DNA of 64,000 nt from Klebsormidium nitens (lineage: Eukaryota; Plantae; Klebsormidiophyceae). A model generated the notes under the pieces. That model did not search any database. It saw nothing but the letters and a program-made list of their open reading frames with translations, and had not been told where the DNA came from. Shown one piece after another: positions 38,601 through 51,526 of the stretch. The DNA is taken from positions 310,001 through 374,000 of the forward strand of contig DF236969.1 in NCBI GenBank assembly GCA_000708835.1, in the 5' to 3' direction. Positions within the stretch are counted from its first letter, which is position 1; the number at the start of each line of letters is the position of its first letter. Both the position numbers and the translations under genes were made by a program.

Positions 38601-40463
38601 CTGACGAGTTTTCACTTGGATCCGTTGTGAACTGTCTGTTTAACCAAGCTTCGACGGCAAGTCGTCTTCGCCTAATTCGCCTCGTGATTCGAATGCAGAT
38701 TGTCCTTGTAAATGGACTACAGATTCTCCTCGAAATTGGAATACGACTTTTCAACCTTGTCCTTCTCATAGTGCCAGGTCGGATGCCCCGACTGAATCTA
38801 ATGCAGCCGCCGCGGATCGCTGAAGAGTGCTTGTCTGTAATCCGAGGCTTTCCGGCAGGAAGCTTTTGTATACCAGTTCTCTCATGCGTTGCCAATCAAG
38901 CTGGAGGTTTTTAAGTCGTGACAGCAGCACTTGACACACGGGATGTCGCAAATATCCGAGTCCTTTGGATTTCGACCTCCTTGAAGCTGCGTTTTGAGAG
39001 GATAAGAACGCGATACAGCCCTTTCACATGCAGGTAACCCGGGTCTAGGATACGTCAAGTTCAGCGGGGCGCTATACTCTTTTCTCGACGGCGACAGCCT
39101 GTCCCGCTTTGCCGCCAGTCCAGCTGCATTTCTGGAGTCGGTCCATGTCCTGGTCGCCACGCATCCCCAGCTTGTCAGGCTCTTGGGCCTGCAGAGCTCC
39201 TTTCCCTCTCTGAACATCCGGCAGATTGCGCAGGTATGCTACCCTGACCTTTTACACACCCCTCGTGGTAAAACCGTGAGTGTGGGCTGGAGTGACATAA
39301 GATACTCTCAATCAAAGCTGAAGGTGGCTCTGATTCTTGCGCGTCAACCTGAATTTCAGTGCGACTGCTAGAAGCGTTGCGTTCACCGCGTCGTTTCACG
39401 TCTACGGTAGCTTTCGCCGGAACCTGCACAGTTGTGAAAGATGCGATCTATGTCGGCCCTCTGATAGGAAGCTTCTGCTCGCTTACTGGACACGACCGGG
39501 CCGTCTTTGGCACTATGGCGATAAAAAGACGAAGCCGAAATCTGGTAATCCTGACCAGCCATCGAAAGGACCCTAGGACTCAACAAGAGCTCTCGCTTCT
39601 AGTAAACCATGCCTCTGGTCTCCCGAAAGCATTTTATACGTCCGATGCGCTGCACGAACGTCTTTCTCCTATCTAAGCAACTCGCTGTTCTTCCTGTAGT
39701 CCCTCGCTGCGCCTCTGAAGTGCGACTTCGGCACGCAAACCCCGACGCACTTCGTGGAGAAGCATTTGGATCACAAGTACGAGTGGAACGAGTGGGCGCT
39801 GCGGCGGCGCGCGCTGCAGCTCGCGAACCTGCGCACCAAAGCCACGCACAGCGCGCAGACGAACCTGAGTCACTTCAGACGAGACGGGGAGACGCAGGTG
39901 CGGCTGCCCAAGGAGGCGGCCACGCAGAGTGGGATTGCTGGGACCAACAAGATGACCAAAAAGGTGAGGGGACGGAGAATGATTGAAAAGGATGGCGCAA
40001 TTGCGACTTGTCGGATAGGGAGTGGATGCGGGTGACAACAACTCCGTACTATCGCATACACGTCTCCTCATGTGGCCACTGAGAATATCGGAGGAAAAGC
40101 TCTATGCTGATCTAGTCGAGCATACTACGTTCGCTTACAAGGAGGACTCTTTTCAGTTTAGGTGGAGTTTCCTGGGACTCCTGCCCTGGTCAATACATCC
40201 TTAGGGGGAAAAGCCTTATCTGCTGAGCCCCTTGCTAATTTTCCAGTGGGCTTCACCGCAGACAAAATCGTGCATTCGATGACAACTTCAGGTATCGTCC
40301 AATGACGTGTTGTCCCCTGCACAGCTAAGGGCCAAATCATTCTTATCATGCAAAATCTTGCAAATAAGGCATAGTCCGTGTCTTGCAGGTCCGGTACGTA
40401 GCAGGACTTAGGGGAGCACCAACGGCGAAGATGAATGTGGTAACTCTTGGGCTTGACGTCTAG
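35602..40463 (+). CDS. CFAP206: Cilia- and flagella-associated protein 206
   Basis: Exons 35602-35793, 36142-36285, 36648-36869, 37153-37400, 37727-37985, 38316-38565, 39034-39233, 39700-39963, 40389-40463. Phase-consistent using one GC donor at 36870, about 617 aa. Motifs: LQ|ELATITLGIRVLNK, LAGFCPVTL...GLPLR|GNPGLG, GTQTPTHFVEKHLDHKYEWNEWALRRRALQLANLRTKATHSAQTNLSHFRRD, VRYVAGLRG. Confidence 0.9.
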
Positions 40464-41413
40464 ACTGCCCTGTTACAGGAACACGTTGAGCCTTAGGAGG
40501 CGAATAAGCGGCGCAAGCTTGTCGTTGCAAATTCTACTTTACTCCCTGTGAATTTGATATGGCGAGCAATTTGATCTGATTTCAGGCAACATTCACAGTA
40601 ACCCGGACTGCTTGCAGTTCAATGTTGTATGCAACTCTGAGAAATACAGATGAAGACAAACAAAGCATGTATGGTTCTGTAAGCTGCGTCTGCGCTTTGT
40701 TCGAGCGAGCGCTACGAGGTGCCTACGTACAAATCTCATAATGACAAGTCACATGGAAATTATGCATAGAGTCGCCGGGCCGAGAGGTCTAGCTTTTTGA
40801 ATACAATTGCTGGAGCACGCATGGATTCGATCATGAGCACGCACTCATGTTGACTTCTGACTTGCCAAACCCAGCTCAGCGTCCTGAGTGGCCTCGCCAC
40901 ACTGCTATAGAGGCGCTGGAAATGCACCTCAAGCGGTGGTCGATATGTTGATTGTAGATCCTGTAACTTAATTGTTTGTCTAAGCTAGCAGACACGGGCT
41001 GGGCGCTCTTTGAGCACTTGACGACAGAAACTGTCCAAGAGATTTGCAATACGACACGAAAGGGGTCTTTTGACGGTGCTTTGCAGGACTCTTTATGTCT
41101 GGAGCTGTGATCAGGTCTACAATATTAACCTACCAACTGACTTTTCTAACTAAAGAAGAGCCCAACCTTCTACAGTCTTTGATATCTTTCTTGGACGCGT
41201 TCCTTGAGAGAATCGGGTTGTCCACCTGGGCCGCCTGAACGGACTGGATGCGGACCGCAATAGGCGCTGATCAAAGGTCCCGCAGCGCGCTTCTAGCGTT
41301 CAGCCAGATACACAGCGGATTTTCTTGAAGGGCTAATGATCAAATGTACTAAGAAACGGCTTACATGCGACAAAATTGTTCCAATTCAACGTCATGCTTC
41401 AATTCGTTCAGTC

Positions 41414-42212
41414 TCAGCCAGTCAACCGGAGAGACAGATTGAAGTGATGGGACGTGACGACGCTTTTCAATTTGTCCTGGATCGACTCCTCGATCATTCT
41501 GCTCCTACCTGAGAGCCTCGCAGATGCCTCCTCGCGGCGGTCGAGTGCGACAAGGCGGGAAACGAACTCGCAAAGTTCCTTCATGCCTCCTTTTTGGACA
41601 ATCTTGAGTTTCTTGATCGCCAGTATTGCTTGCTGCTCAGCCAGTGACGTCATCCTTGTCACGTGGTCCGCCATCTCTTGCAAACTTGGCATCGAGACGA
41701 GTGTTACTTCAGCGCTCTCGTCAGGTCGCAATCTGTAAAAGCAGGAACTCGAAGGTGTTGAAAAATTGTATCAGTACAACAGGCGGAATTTCACCAAACG
41801 CCAGAAAGTTGCTGCTTAGAAACCTCCCCGTATCTAATGGTTAAATGTCATCTGCAAGTCTATATGAAGTAGGGCAACTTCAGGTGCCTCTTTTTCCGGG
41901 GCCTTGCTTCATGTGGGCTATGGCTTTTTAAGGTCGTTCCTAAAGAAGCTTCCTGCTCGCCTAGCTCTTTCTTGAGATTGGAGGTCACGTGGTCGTCTGA
42001 AGCGACCAGGATCGTCCGGGCCAGCCCGCTGATGTGCAGACGGAGGAGCAGGCGGACGCTCGCGACGGCATCCCACGAGAGCTCCCAATCCTTATCCTCG
42101 TTTTTAGAGAGGCCACTCTTTGAATTGTCCAGAATAATAGTTGCCGGCTCTCGGTCCTTGGCGTCAGACAGCGACAGGATCTTCTTCAACAGTGGCGATG
42201 ATGGATCAAGTC
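41414..42212 (-). pseudogene. Degenerate copy (X) of the P-loop/STAND-like NTPase gene at 51.5-52.6 kb
   Basis: Exon 42212-41961 (252 nt, same length as 52289-52038): GLDPSSPLLKKILS...EPATIILDN...LSWDAVASVRLLLRLH..GLARTILVASDD. Last exon 41732-41414: EMADHVTRMTSLAEQQAILAIKKLKIVQKGGMKELCEFV. No Walker A exon found upstream, the donor is GC rather than GT, and no convincing in-frame linker exon was found. Pseudogene status is inferred. Confidence 0.55.
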
Positions 42213-43084
42213 CTGCGAAGACAATATTCTCACTATTGGTGCATCACTCGGGCCACGTCCTCGAACCCTTTGACTTCAAGCAGCCCCATCGCACATATTT
42301 TTGGCTTGCCTGCGGGCAGCATTCCACAAGGTTCGCGGACACGCAACTTTGCTCCAAAAGATATTAACGACATCGACGCTTTCTTTGAACGAGTGACGGA
42401 CCCGCTTTTCATTTGAACGAGCACTTCAAATCGGAGCCTTCTTTCGTATCTCTCCTCCTTCTCTCCTCACCTTTGACAACGTACCTCCTCGTATATAGCC
42501 TCCTCATGGCGGCCTTGCACGCGGCCGCGCCTGCATCTGGGTTTCGAAGGCTCGATGTCTTGATCATTGCACCGTCGATTAGTAACTTGCTTCTTTGGAC
42601 GGTCAAAGGTCGTCGACCCGAGTTCACCTGAGTCCATTTGCTGCCGTCCAAGCTTCTACCTAGGGCTACAGCCGTCGATGGGACAGGTTGCTAATTCAAA
42701 ATTGATCAGCCTGCAGGCTGCAGCAGAATGATGAGCCTGACCTCAGACTCAGAGTCCAGAGTTGGATCAGACTCGAGGGCCGCGGGGGCATCATCAAAGA
42801 TTCATCATGGATGAATCCCTCAGCAGAAGTTGAGCACCACTCGCAAGACGCCGCTCCTGCAGAGGGCTGCATGCGATGCTAGGTTTCGGAAGAGGCGCGC
42901 ATGGCTGAGGGAATGTGATTCAACCTACGATCTTCAGGTATTTAGCTTGCGGCCGCTGAGCGCTATTGTGCTGAGCGCGCCGCCGGTTTTTCCCTTCTGA
43001 GTGGCGCCTAGCAGGCTCACTCTCACTACCTTTCTCGCTGTCTTTGACCTCCTGTTGGCAACTTAAGAGTCAAGCTGAAGCAGA

Positions 43085-45563
43085 ATGGCTGAGCCTGGGT
43101 TTAAGGAAGGCGTCCTCCGCCACCTGGCCGCAGGGGAGTATAGGAACCTGGTGTCACACGCGTGGGTACATCATTTCCTTGACCGCATGGCTGAAGCAGA
43201 CGGGAACCAAACGCTGTGGGATTTCATGGGAAGCTTGAGTCCCCCTAAAGCGCACAGCCCACAAACTGCTCCGGGGGAGGTTCAATACATTGAGCCGGTG
43301 CTGACGATGAAATGGCGAGGGGTGGGACGAGTCAAGGCGAGCAGGGGATACAGGTCTTCTGAGGGGGTGGACATCAACTCGCTGGCACTAATGCGGCCTG
43401 GGGAAGGGTAAGTGAATGATCACAAGAGGCTGCACTCTAGAAAGGACTGGGTGGTGGGGTTTCTGGAGCCACTTCCTAGAACGGAGGAGGGAAAGGCAGC
43501 GTGGAAGGTGGCATTGTCGTCTCCTTTTTTGTTGGTTCCTCTCTGCCTGCGCCCATCTTCTTTTATCCTTGTCTACTTTGTATGGTGAACGCTGACTGTA
43601 TGGCTGCAGCATTGTGGTTTCTTAGTGGTTTTACTCTTTTTGAGGTTATTGGGCTTGGAGTGGTTGGTATTTCAGAGATACCCTGTTCACTCAAGAATTG
43701 CATGGGTAGCTAGCGAACAATACCTTTCAAGATCAACAATTGGGCTTGATAAATACTTGGGTTTCATAAACCCAAGTGCCGAGAGCTAATTGGAGGTGTA
43801 CTGAAGGGCAATGCTACAGGTGGCAATCACTGTTTCGATACAGCAGCTTGAGTGCCCGCTATACCTACATTGGTACATCTTGATAGCAGTGCATTAAATG
43901 AGCCTTAGGATCGTGCAGTTGCAATCTGATGGACTCACCCTGCTCTTGTCGTCCATCAAATAGAGAGCGTCTCTAAAACCAGGAGGAACTAAAAGCCATG
44001 AGGCTTTGCATCTCGTAACAGGTTGATTTGACGCGCCTCAAGTGGCCGATCCTGCATTGTGTTTCTTTGAACGCTTCTCCAATATTTTTCCCAACAGATC
44101 ATTTTCTCGTTACGCCGGAAGAGAGTATTCGTCTGCAATTGATTGGCTCAACAGGAATCTACTGCTAACTCGTCTTTTCTCCTTCTTTATACTCTCAACA
44201 CTATTTTCACTGGGCATGTCAGGATCTTCAATTTCCAAAGCAAATGCGCACGTTGTTACTATTTTGAGTGACAAACTGGTGAATGCCCCGCAGCAACATT
44301 TTTGGCCCTCTTTGTCAGCTTCAACAGGTCTTCATTTCTCTAGTAGACTAGGAAGAGAGTCGCCGACTCGCTGTATCCTTTGGTAGAATCTGCGCAAGTA
44401 CTCAGGATTCTCTTACAGGTATCAGGGACCTTCAAGAATCTCAGAATATGGATTGCTATCCGCAGGCAGTGACACATGCCCTGTTGGACGACTTCCTCTT
44501 CATGCGCCTGAACTTCAAGGACAATGAGTACAACATTCGTGGAAACGTGGTTGGTTTTCCAGGCGGGGATCGTGCAAAAAGAGCTGGCGCATCGGATGCA
44601 GACGAGGTCCAGTTAATGGTAATATGTCCAGCAAGGGACGAGAACGGAGGCCATTGCTGGACGACTACGACAAGAGACCTGCTAAAGGCAAGAACATTTG
44701 CCCTTTTTTGCAACATAGCCGTTTTCATAATTAGGGCGATGTGGACGCATGAGATTCTTGGGACAGCAGATCAGTCCTGACTGCTGCATGTCATCAATCA
44801 AGTTCTGTTAGTGGCTTTCCCGCTCCTGCGATAAGATATTTGATTAACGGTTCTATCGGTGATGGACCAACGTTTAGGATTGATTGAAAAGCTATGTGAC
44901 TCTTTGCAGGCAAAGCGGTATGACGAGATCTTCCAGTCGGGCCAGCTCGTTGTGACGCGCACCCGCAGGCAGCGGTGGCCGTACTCTGCCGCAGCCGTCA
45001 TCTTTGTCCGGAACCGGGACAAGGAGGCTGGGGCTGCCAAGGAGCGGCTGCACATTGTGGACATCCTGTTAGACCAGACCAAAGTCCCCACCTTCGAAGG
45101 GGGCACTAAACTCGGCGAAGTCGTGCACCAGGTCTTGCACGGGTTCGTCGTCGGTGTCGGACGGGGAATGGATCGAAAAAGCGGAGACGGACGGGGGGAG
45201 AAGCCGACCGAAGCACACAATGCACCAGATGTTACGAAAGCAGACAGTGGAGAGGGAGCGCTTGAGATCTCTCTTGCAAACAGCGTGCTCATCAACGAGA
45301 AGTGGCTGGAGTTTGGAGATTGGAGGACGGAGCTCACGGCCGCAGTCGAAAGTCTCGGTTTTGTGAAAGAGCGGGGAGGGTGGCTGCATGGGTCTAAGCG
45401 CTGCTCGAAGTGCGGCGCAAGCGGCATAGCAATCAAGACGTGCGGAGGGTGCAAACGTGCTTACTACTGCTCGAAGGAGTGCCAAATGGCGGCCTGGAAA
45501 GAGGGGCACAAGGCGGAGTGTAAACGTGCTAACTCGGCAGCGGCGGCTCAGGATGGATCATAG
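43085..45563 (+). CDS. zf-MYND protein, tandem copy A (premature TAA at 43409-43411; pseudogene or re-spliced)
   Basis: Collinear with copy B. Exon 1 is 43085-43507 with GAA>TAA at 43409, exon 2 about 44466-44687 (GC donor), exon 3 44910-45563 with C-terminal CSKCGASGIAIKTCGGCKRAYYCSKECQMAAWKEGHKAEC (MYND). Confidence 0.7.
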
Positions 45564-47200
45564 ATTGTAGCATAGTTTGTCTGCACAAATTTACTCGCTT
45601 CCTAGAAAGGTCATATCAATGGGAACTCGTGTGTGAGAGATCGAAACGCCGCAATATGTGTGCGACATGGTGTGGCACGTATGCACTTGACATAAAGAGC
45701 AATATATTACCTTGACAATCACGGTAGGGACTCTGAGAATCGCAAATCTGTACAGTCGCGTGTCACTGTCGGCTCAACGATACTAGTTAGTGTAAGACAC
45801 TGCCCTGTGACTCGAGCTGGATCGACCAACTCGCTTGCATGTTCTTGCGACCGCGTCTCCTAATTGTCTGTCCAAGTCACGGGAACTCTATTGCTTGCAA
45901 AGCAGCTGTTGCTCAACCTCCTCTCTTCAGTCGGAAGTTCTAGCTTCAATTGTACTATTTGTCCCCCGGTCTTTGAGACTCTAGCTGGTGTTCTGGGGCC
46001 CGAAATTGTAGCCAAGGTCTTACAAGCTCACGGTACTAAATCAGTGCGGTCATACACAGTGAATCAAATTTAAAATATAACATCACTTCGGACTAATCTG
46101 CAATTTTAAATACTCTTACATGCACAACGGTGTGTTAGCATGTTGTGCGGCCGGCGACATAACTGTCGTGGCAGGTTGAGCGGTGTTGTTAATCATCTAG
46201 ACTTCTAGAGCTATGCAAGCAATGTACCGTGCATGTGCAAACACACGCATTTGTGTTACTTTGTGATCTCAGACGTGTATACACAGCCAGTGACCTAGAT
46301 TCAGATTTTGCCGCCGCGCCCTTTGAGAATCAGAGAAGCGAAGGGTGCGTGCCAAGGGGTGGATCCCACTAAGTGCATGATTTTTGCAATGAAATTCAAA
46401 TGCCAAGGTAGCTTGGAGCTCTGGCTGCAGCTAAACCGAACTGGACCAGTGACCACAAAACGTTTTCAGCAGATTTCAGGTCTCTCTGGACAGTCCAGGT
46501 GAGAGCTCTAGACAGGTAAAGTTTAGTCCGGACCACGGTACTACCTATGTAGTATCTTCAACGACTTCAAGCAACACTTCAATGGACAGAATGGAGCGCT
46601 ACTGTCGAACGCGCGCGGCCCGGCCGCGCCAATGCGCGCCCGGCCTTCCAACGGATGAGCAGGGCTTTGACAGCGGGCTTCCTGGTCACCGCGAAAGCCG
46701 TCGATTAGTGAGAACAGAATTTGGACGGTGACGGCCGGTGTGTGGCCAAAAGTGGTTTTTGAGCGACTGCTATAGAAAAGGCCTTAACTCATTGGTCGCT
46801 CACTGAGCACTACCGCTACTGTAGGGTGTATGCAGCATGCTCTCTTCAGAGCCGTCGATCTGGGGTTGTGGGGCTTTGACCGTCGATGGGACAGGATGCT
46901 GATTCAAAATATGGGCCAGTCCGCTTTGCCTGCATTGGCAGACTCCAGAGGTTGTTCGAGAATGCCATGCCAAATGCTGAGCCATAGCGCCCCGGAGGCC
47001 GGCACACCACACCAGTACCGCTCTTCGCAGCTGTTGCAGCAGCTTTCCTACACGCTACCGTTACTATTAGTAGTACCGTACCTGGTTCAGAACCGTAGCT
47101 CTTTTATTGGCTCCCAGCAAGTGTAGGTATTTACATTGTCGTGTCTCACTTCATTGACCTACTACATATTACGGCAACCTAAGAAAGAAGCTGACGCAAG

Positions 47201-50170
47201 ATGGTTGAGTCTGGGTGGAAGGAAGACATCCTCAGCCGCATGGCTGCAAGGGATAGAAACCTGGCATCACACCCACTGGTGCACGGACTCCTCGACCGCA
47301 TTGCCGTAGCAGATGGGAACCAAACTATGTGGGACTTCATGTCCAGCCTGAGTCCACCACAAGCAGACAGCCCACAAATTGCTTCAGGGGAGGTTAGTTA
47401 CATTCAGCCGGCGCTGGCGTTGAAATGGAGGGGGGTGGGACGAATCAAGGCGGGCAGGGCATACACGTCTTCTGGGGGGTTGGACATCAACTCGCTTATT
47501 CTTATGAAGCCTGGAGAAGGAGAAGTGAACGACTACAAAAGGCTGCATTCTAGAAAGGATTGGGTGGTGGGGTTTCTAGAGCCATTTCCCAGGACAGAGG
47601 AGGGAAAAGGACTGTGGAAGGTGAGTTTCTTTCTGGTTAGTTCCAGATATCTGCCCCCAGAATCAAATTCCAACCTTATCTTCTTCATTCTGTGGCCGTA
47701 AGGTTGCAACTTGAAGCACTGAATTTCATCAGTGGTTTTTGCGTTGAGTCTGGTGCTGGGATTTGAAGTCGTTGGTGTTTCAGAGACACTCAAGCTGTTC
47801 TGGCCCTTTGCACGAGGGCGTCAAGATAGAGGACTGTCCTCATCAACCAAGCAATCGGCTCTGGTGAGTGCTCTGTAGATACGGGTTCCATAGACCAATT
47901 GCCGAGAGCTACGTAGAAGAGTTAGCGCATAGCCGCACCGCCAATCACTCTTTCAGTGCACCAGTTTGATTGCTCATCTTATCTTGGTACGAGTTGATGA
48001 AAGCACATCATTGAGAGCTAACAGGGAAGTAATGCATTGTTTGAGAGTTCGACCCTGCTTTTTGTCTTATCTTAAAGGAAGAGCTTCGGCCGAATGTAAT
48101 GAAAGTAGATGGCATCTGATTCTGCATCTAATGACAAGAGCAAGAACTGGTCGTGCGTTTCATTAAGCCTCATTTCTCTTATCACAGTCTTTATTCACAA
48201 CACTGAAAAGTCTCTTTTTTAGTGCCTGCAATCGCTCTGCAGAAAAGGACCAATCTTTACTGCCCTCTTCTCTTATCTTTCCTCCTTCGAAATGTGCAGA
48301 TCGACAGGGCGGAAGTTGACAGGGGATTCTCTGATTCAAAGTCAGCTTTGCACTTTGATAACTACTCTGAATGCACGTCGTTTGTGAAAGACCCGCAATA
48401 CCTTATTGGGTTCCTGGCCCCTGTTTATCAATGTCAACCCGTATTGGCTCTGGAAACAGAAAGAGGTTCGCTGAATCGCTGTTCTTCTCAGCTGTACTCT
48501 CCCTACAAATTAATTAATGCGACGCATGCCCTACTGGGCGACTTCCTCTTCATGCGCCTGAATTTCAAGGACGATGGGTACAACATTCGTGGGAACGCGA
48601 TCGGGTTTCCAGGCGGGGATCGCGTCAAACGAGCTGGCGCATCAGATGCAGACGAAGTCAATTTGATGGTGATTTGTCCGGCGAGGGATGAGAACGGAGG
48701 CCAATGCTGGACAGAGACCACAAAAGACCTGCTAAAGGTGAGGAGTCGCCTTTCCGTGCAGTGCATTGCAATGGTTTCAATGTTCTATGCGCTGTGGATC
48801 ACAAATCAGTCATGCGCCAGAGGATTTAGGCGGCGTCGGCCAAAGCAAAAGGGCGTGTTCACTCAAATTGCTTTAAGACTCTCTCTGACAATCAACTGGT
48901 GCAGGCAAAGTAAGCTTTGCTCGCATGCTTCAAGTCAGTAGCATATATTGAGATCTCCATCTGTCGGACAACCTCCTCTGCGCCAATAAAGCATGGTTGA
49001 CAACAGGGTGGAAATGCTTAGGAAGTTATTTGAATGTGCTTACAATCTTGGTCGAATTTGTAGTTCCCAGGTGGTTCAAAAACCTCTTGTTGTTCTTGGC
49101 ATGGAAGCTGCCCGCAGTGCTTGTGACAGGTTCATCAGTGTGTTTTGAGTGCGCAACGTATGACAAAGAGGCCGTAAGCTGATTGGATCGTGAAAAGGGA
49201 CTTGCCAGGGACCTGTTAGGAGCAGAGCAAGCATCCTGTATCATATTGAAACTTTGGGGCCAACGTTGTGGTCGGATAACCCTCAAGGGTGAGTCGTCTG
49301 AAAAGGCGACTGTAGCATGATACAGATTTGCAGCTAAGAAAAAACACCGCTGAACCCCTGCGGCACAGGAGGCCCTGAAAGCTCATATGCTTGAAGCCGA
49401 CATCCATGTTATGCTACTGTAGAGTCCCGCTCCTGGAACAGGGTACTACATCATACAGAACTATACGTTTTATCCTTCATAGACAACAACCAGGATGGAT
49501 TGAACCTCTTGTGGACCTTCTCATGCAGGCGAAGAGGTACGACGAGATCTTCCAGACGGGCCAGCTCGTGCTGCCGCGCAGACAGCGGTGGCCGTATTCT
49601 GTCGGAGCCGTCGTCTTTGTCCGGAAGCGGGACAAGGAGGTCGGGGCTGCCAAGCAACGGCTGCACATTGTGGACATTTTGCTGGACCAGACCAAAGTCC
49701 CCACCTTCGAAGGGGGGCCTAAACTCGCTGAAGTCGTGCACCAGGTCTTGCATGGGTTCGTCGTTGGTGTCGGCCGGGAAATGGATCGAAAAAGCGGAGA
49801 CGAGCGGGCGCAGAAGCAAGGTGATGTGCAAGATGCACCAGAGGCTTCGAAAGCAGACAGTGGGGAGGAAGCGTCGGAGATCTTCCTCGCAGAAAGCGTG
49901 TTCATCAATGGGAAGTGGCCGGGAACCTGGAGAATGGAACTCACGGCCGCGGTCGAAACTCTCGGTTTTGTGAAGGAGAAGGGGGGGTGGCTCCATGGGT
50001 CCAAGCGGTGCTCGAAGTGCGGTGCAAGCGGCGTCGCGGTAAAGACGTGCAGTGGGTGCAGACGTGCTCAGTATTGCTCGAAGGAGTGCCAGGTGGCGGC
50101 CTGGAAGGAGGGGCACAAGGTGGAGTGTAGACGTGCTAGCGCAGCAGGAGCAGCTGACGTTAAGTCGTGA
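47201..50170 (+). CDS. zf-MYND protein, tandem copy B (intact)
   Basis: Exons 47201-47620, 48300 (or 48492)-48737 and 49529-50170, all phase 0, giving 499 aa (or 435 aa). C-terminal MYND finger CSKCGASGVAVKTCSGCRRAQYCSKECQVAAWKEGHKVEC. The N-terminal region was not recognised. Confidence 0.85.
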
Positions 50171-51526
50171 GCTGCAGCATCTTTCCGCCTTCAATTATTC
50201 CGTTTCTCCTTGAAAGCTGGACAGCATTCATGGGAAGCTCGTCTTGCAGAGATCAACAGATCTGTAACATTATGCACAACTGACAAAAGAGTCGATCGGT
50301 CACAGCGTCACATGATTGATAGAGCCTATCCGTATAGAGCCATGGCGTTAGTCACGTGCACGTGACTAACGCGTTTCGATCCGGCCGGCTGCACGTGGAC
50401 TTGGCCGCGCGCCCGCGTGGGCCGTTGATGCATGCTCAGAATGGTATACCGTTACATATTGAGAGCTGCAGGCTGGCTGGCAGCTGTTACGCAGCCTTCG
50501 AAGACAGCACCAGTTGAAACTTAGCTTAGCATGGTCACGAGGCAGTTATGGCAGGCAGTCACGCACGGGGCCGCTCTAGTACGTTCAGCATGGGGGGCTT
50601 CGAATACGTCTGAACTCGCACGCATTCCGCGGCCGGGCGGCAGCACACTCGCAGCTCTGAGGTGGTTGATGTTGGAAGGCACATTTGCATGACGGATGCC
50701 GGGCTCAGAGCTCCCTGGTCACTGAGCTGGAAAAGGTACTAAAGTCACGCAGTCTACTGTAGGTTGATCATTTAATGCACTTGAAATGTGACCACGGACT
50801 CCCGCACACCCCTCACATGTTACCTCAAGGCTATAAGCTGGCTGACTCGTCCCAAATTAATGAGCTCTAGACTAGAGGTTGCTTAGGTGTATTCAAAACG
50901 GGAGGGAATTGCGAGCAGTTGTGCACACACCAGTGCGATCGATTCCACCAGATTCGAAGATCTGCTGGCATCTCATTTTTGGCATCGATGAACTCCTCAT
51001 GCACTGAGCGTCTTGGAATGCGAGCCAGATGAGATCATGCAATAGGCATTAGAACGCTGAAACCATTGAACACTTTAGGCATGCTGGCCTCGAGGCTCAA
51101 ATAGCAGTCGATGCAAGCACGATTCGTTTCGAAGCCCTTGCTTCCTTACCCACTGCAGTTCATTGCGACAATCCGGGAAGCGTTGTTCATCGGAACTAAT
51201 GCCGACGCTAAACGTTTTCTCAGACACTCGAAACATCCACGCTGGTCTACGAAACACCTACGTACCCTTCGCATGCGATTGAACAACTACAGGTTGTGCA
51301 GCTTGCTTCGCTCGTCAAGATATCCTGCATCAAAAGTAACAAACAAGCGAGTCAACTTCAAGAGGATGATTCTGGTTCACCGAACAGAGGACACGACACG
51401 TGAGTTCAAGAGTCACAAGAACCGCCGGAACAAGGAAATGAGCTCACACACACTGCGGCCGTCTATCCTGGCCCCGCGCGTACACGGTTAGCCAGGCGCC
51501 AACTGGACGCCAAACATGAGATTGAT

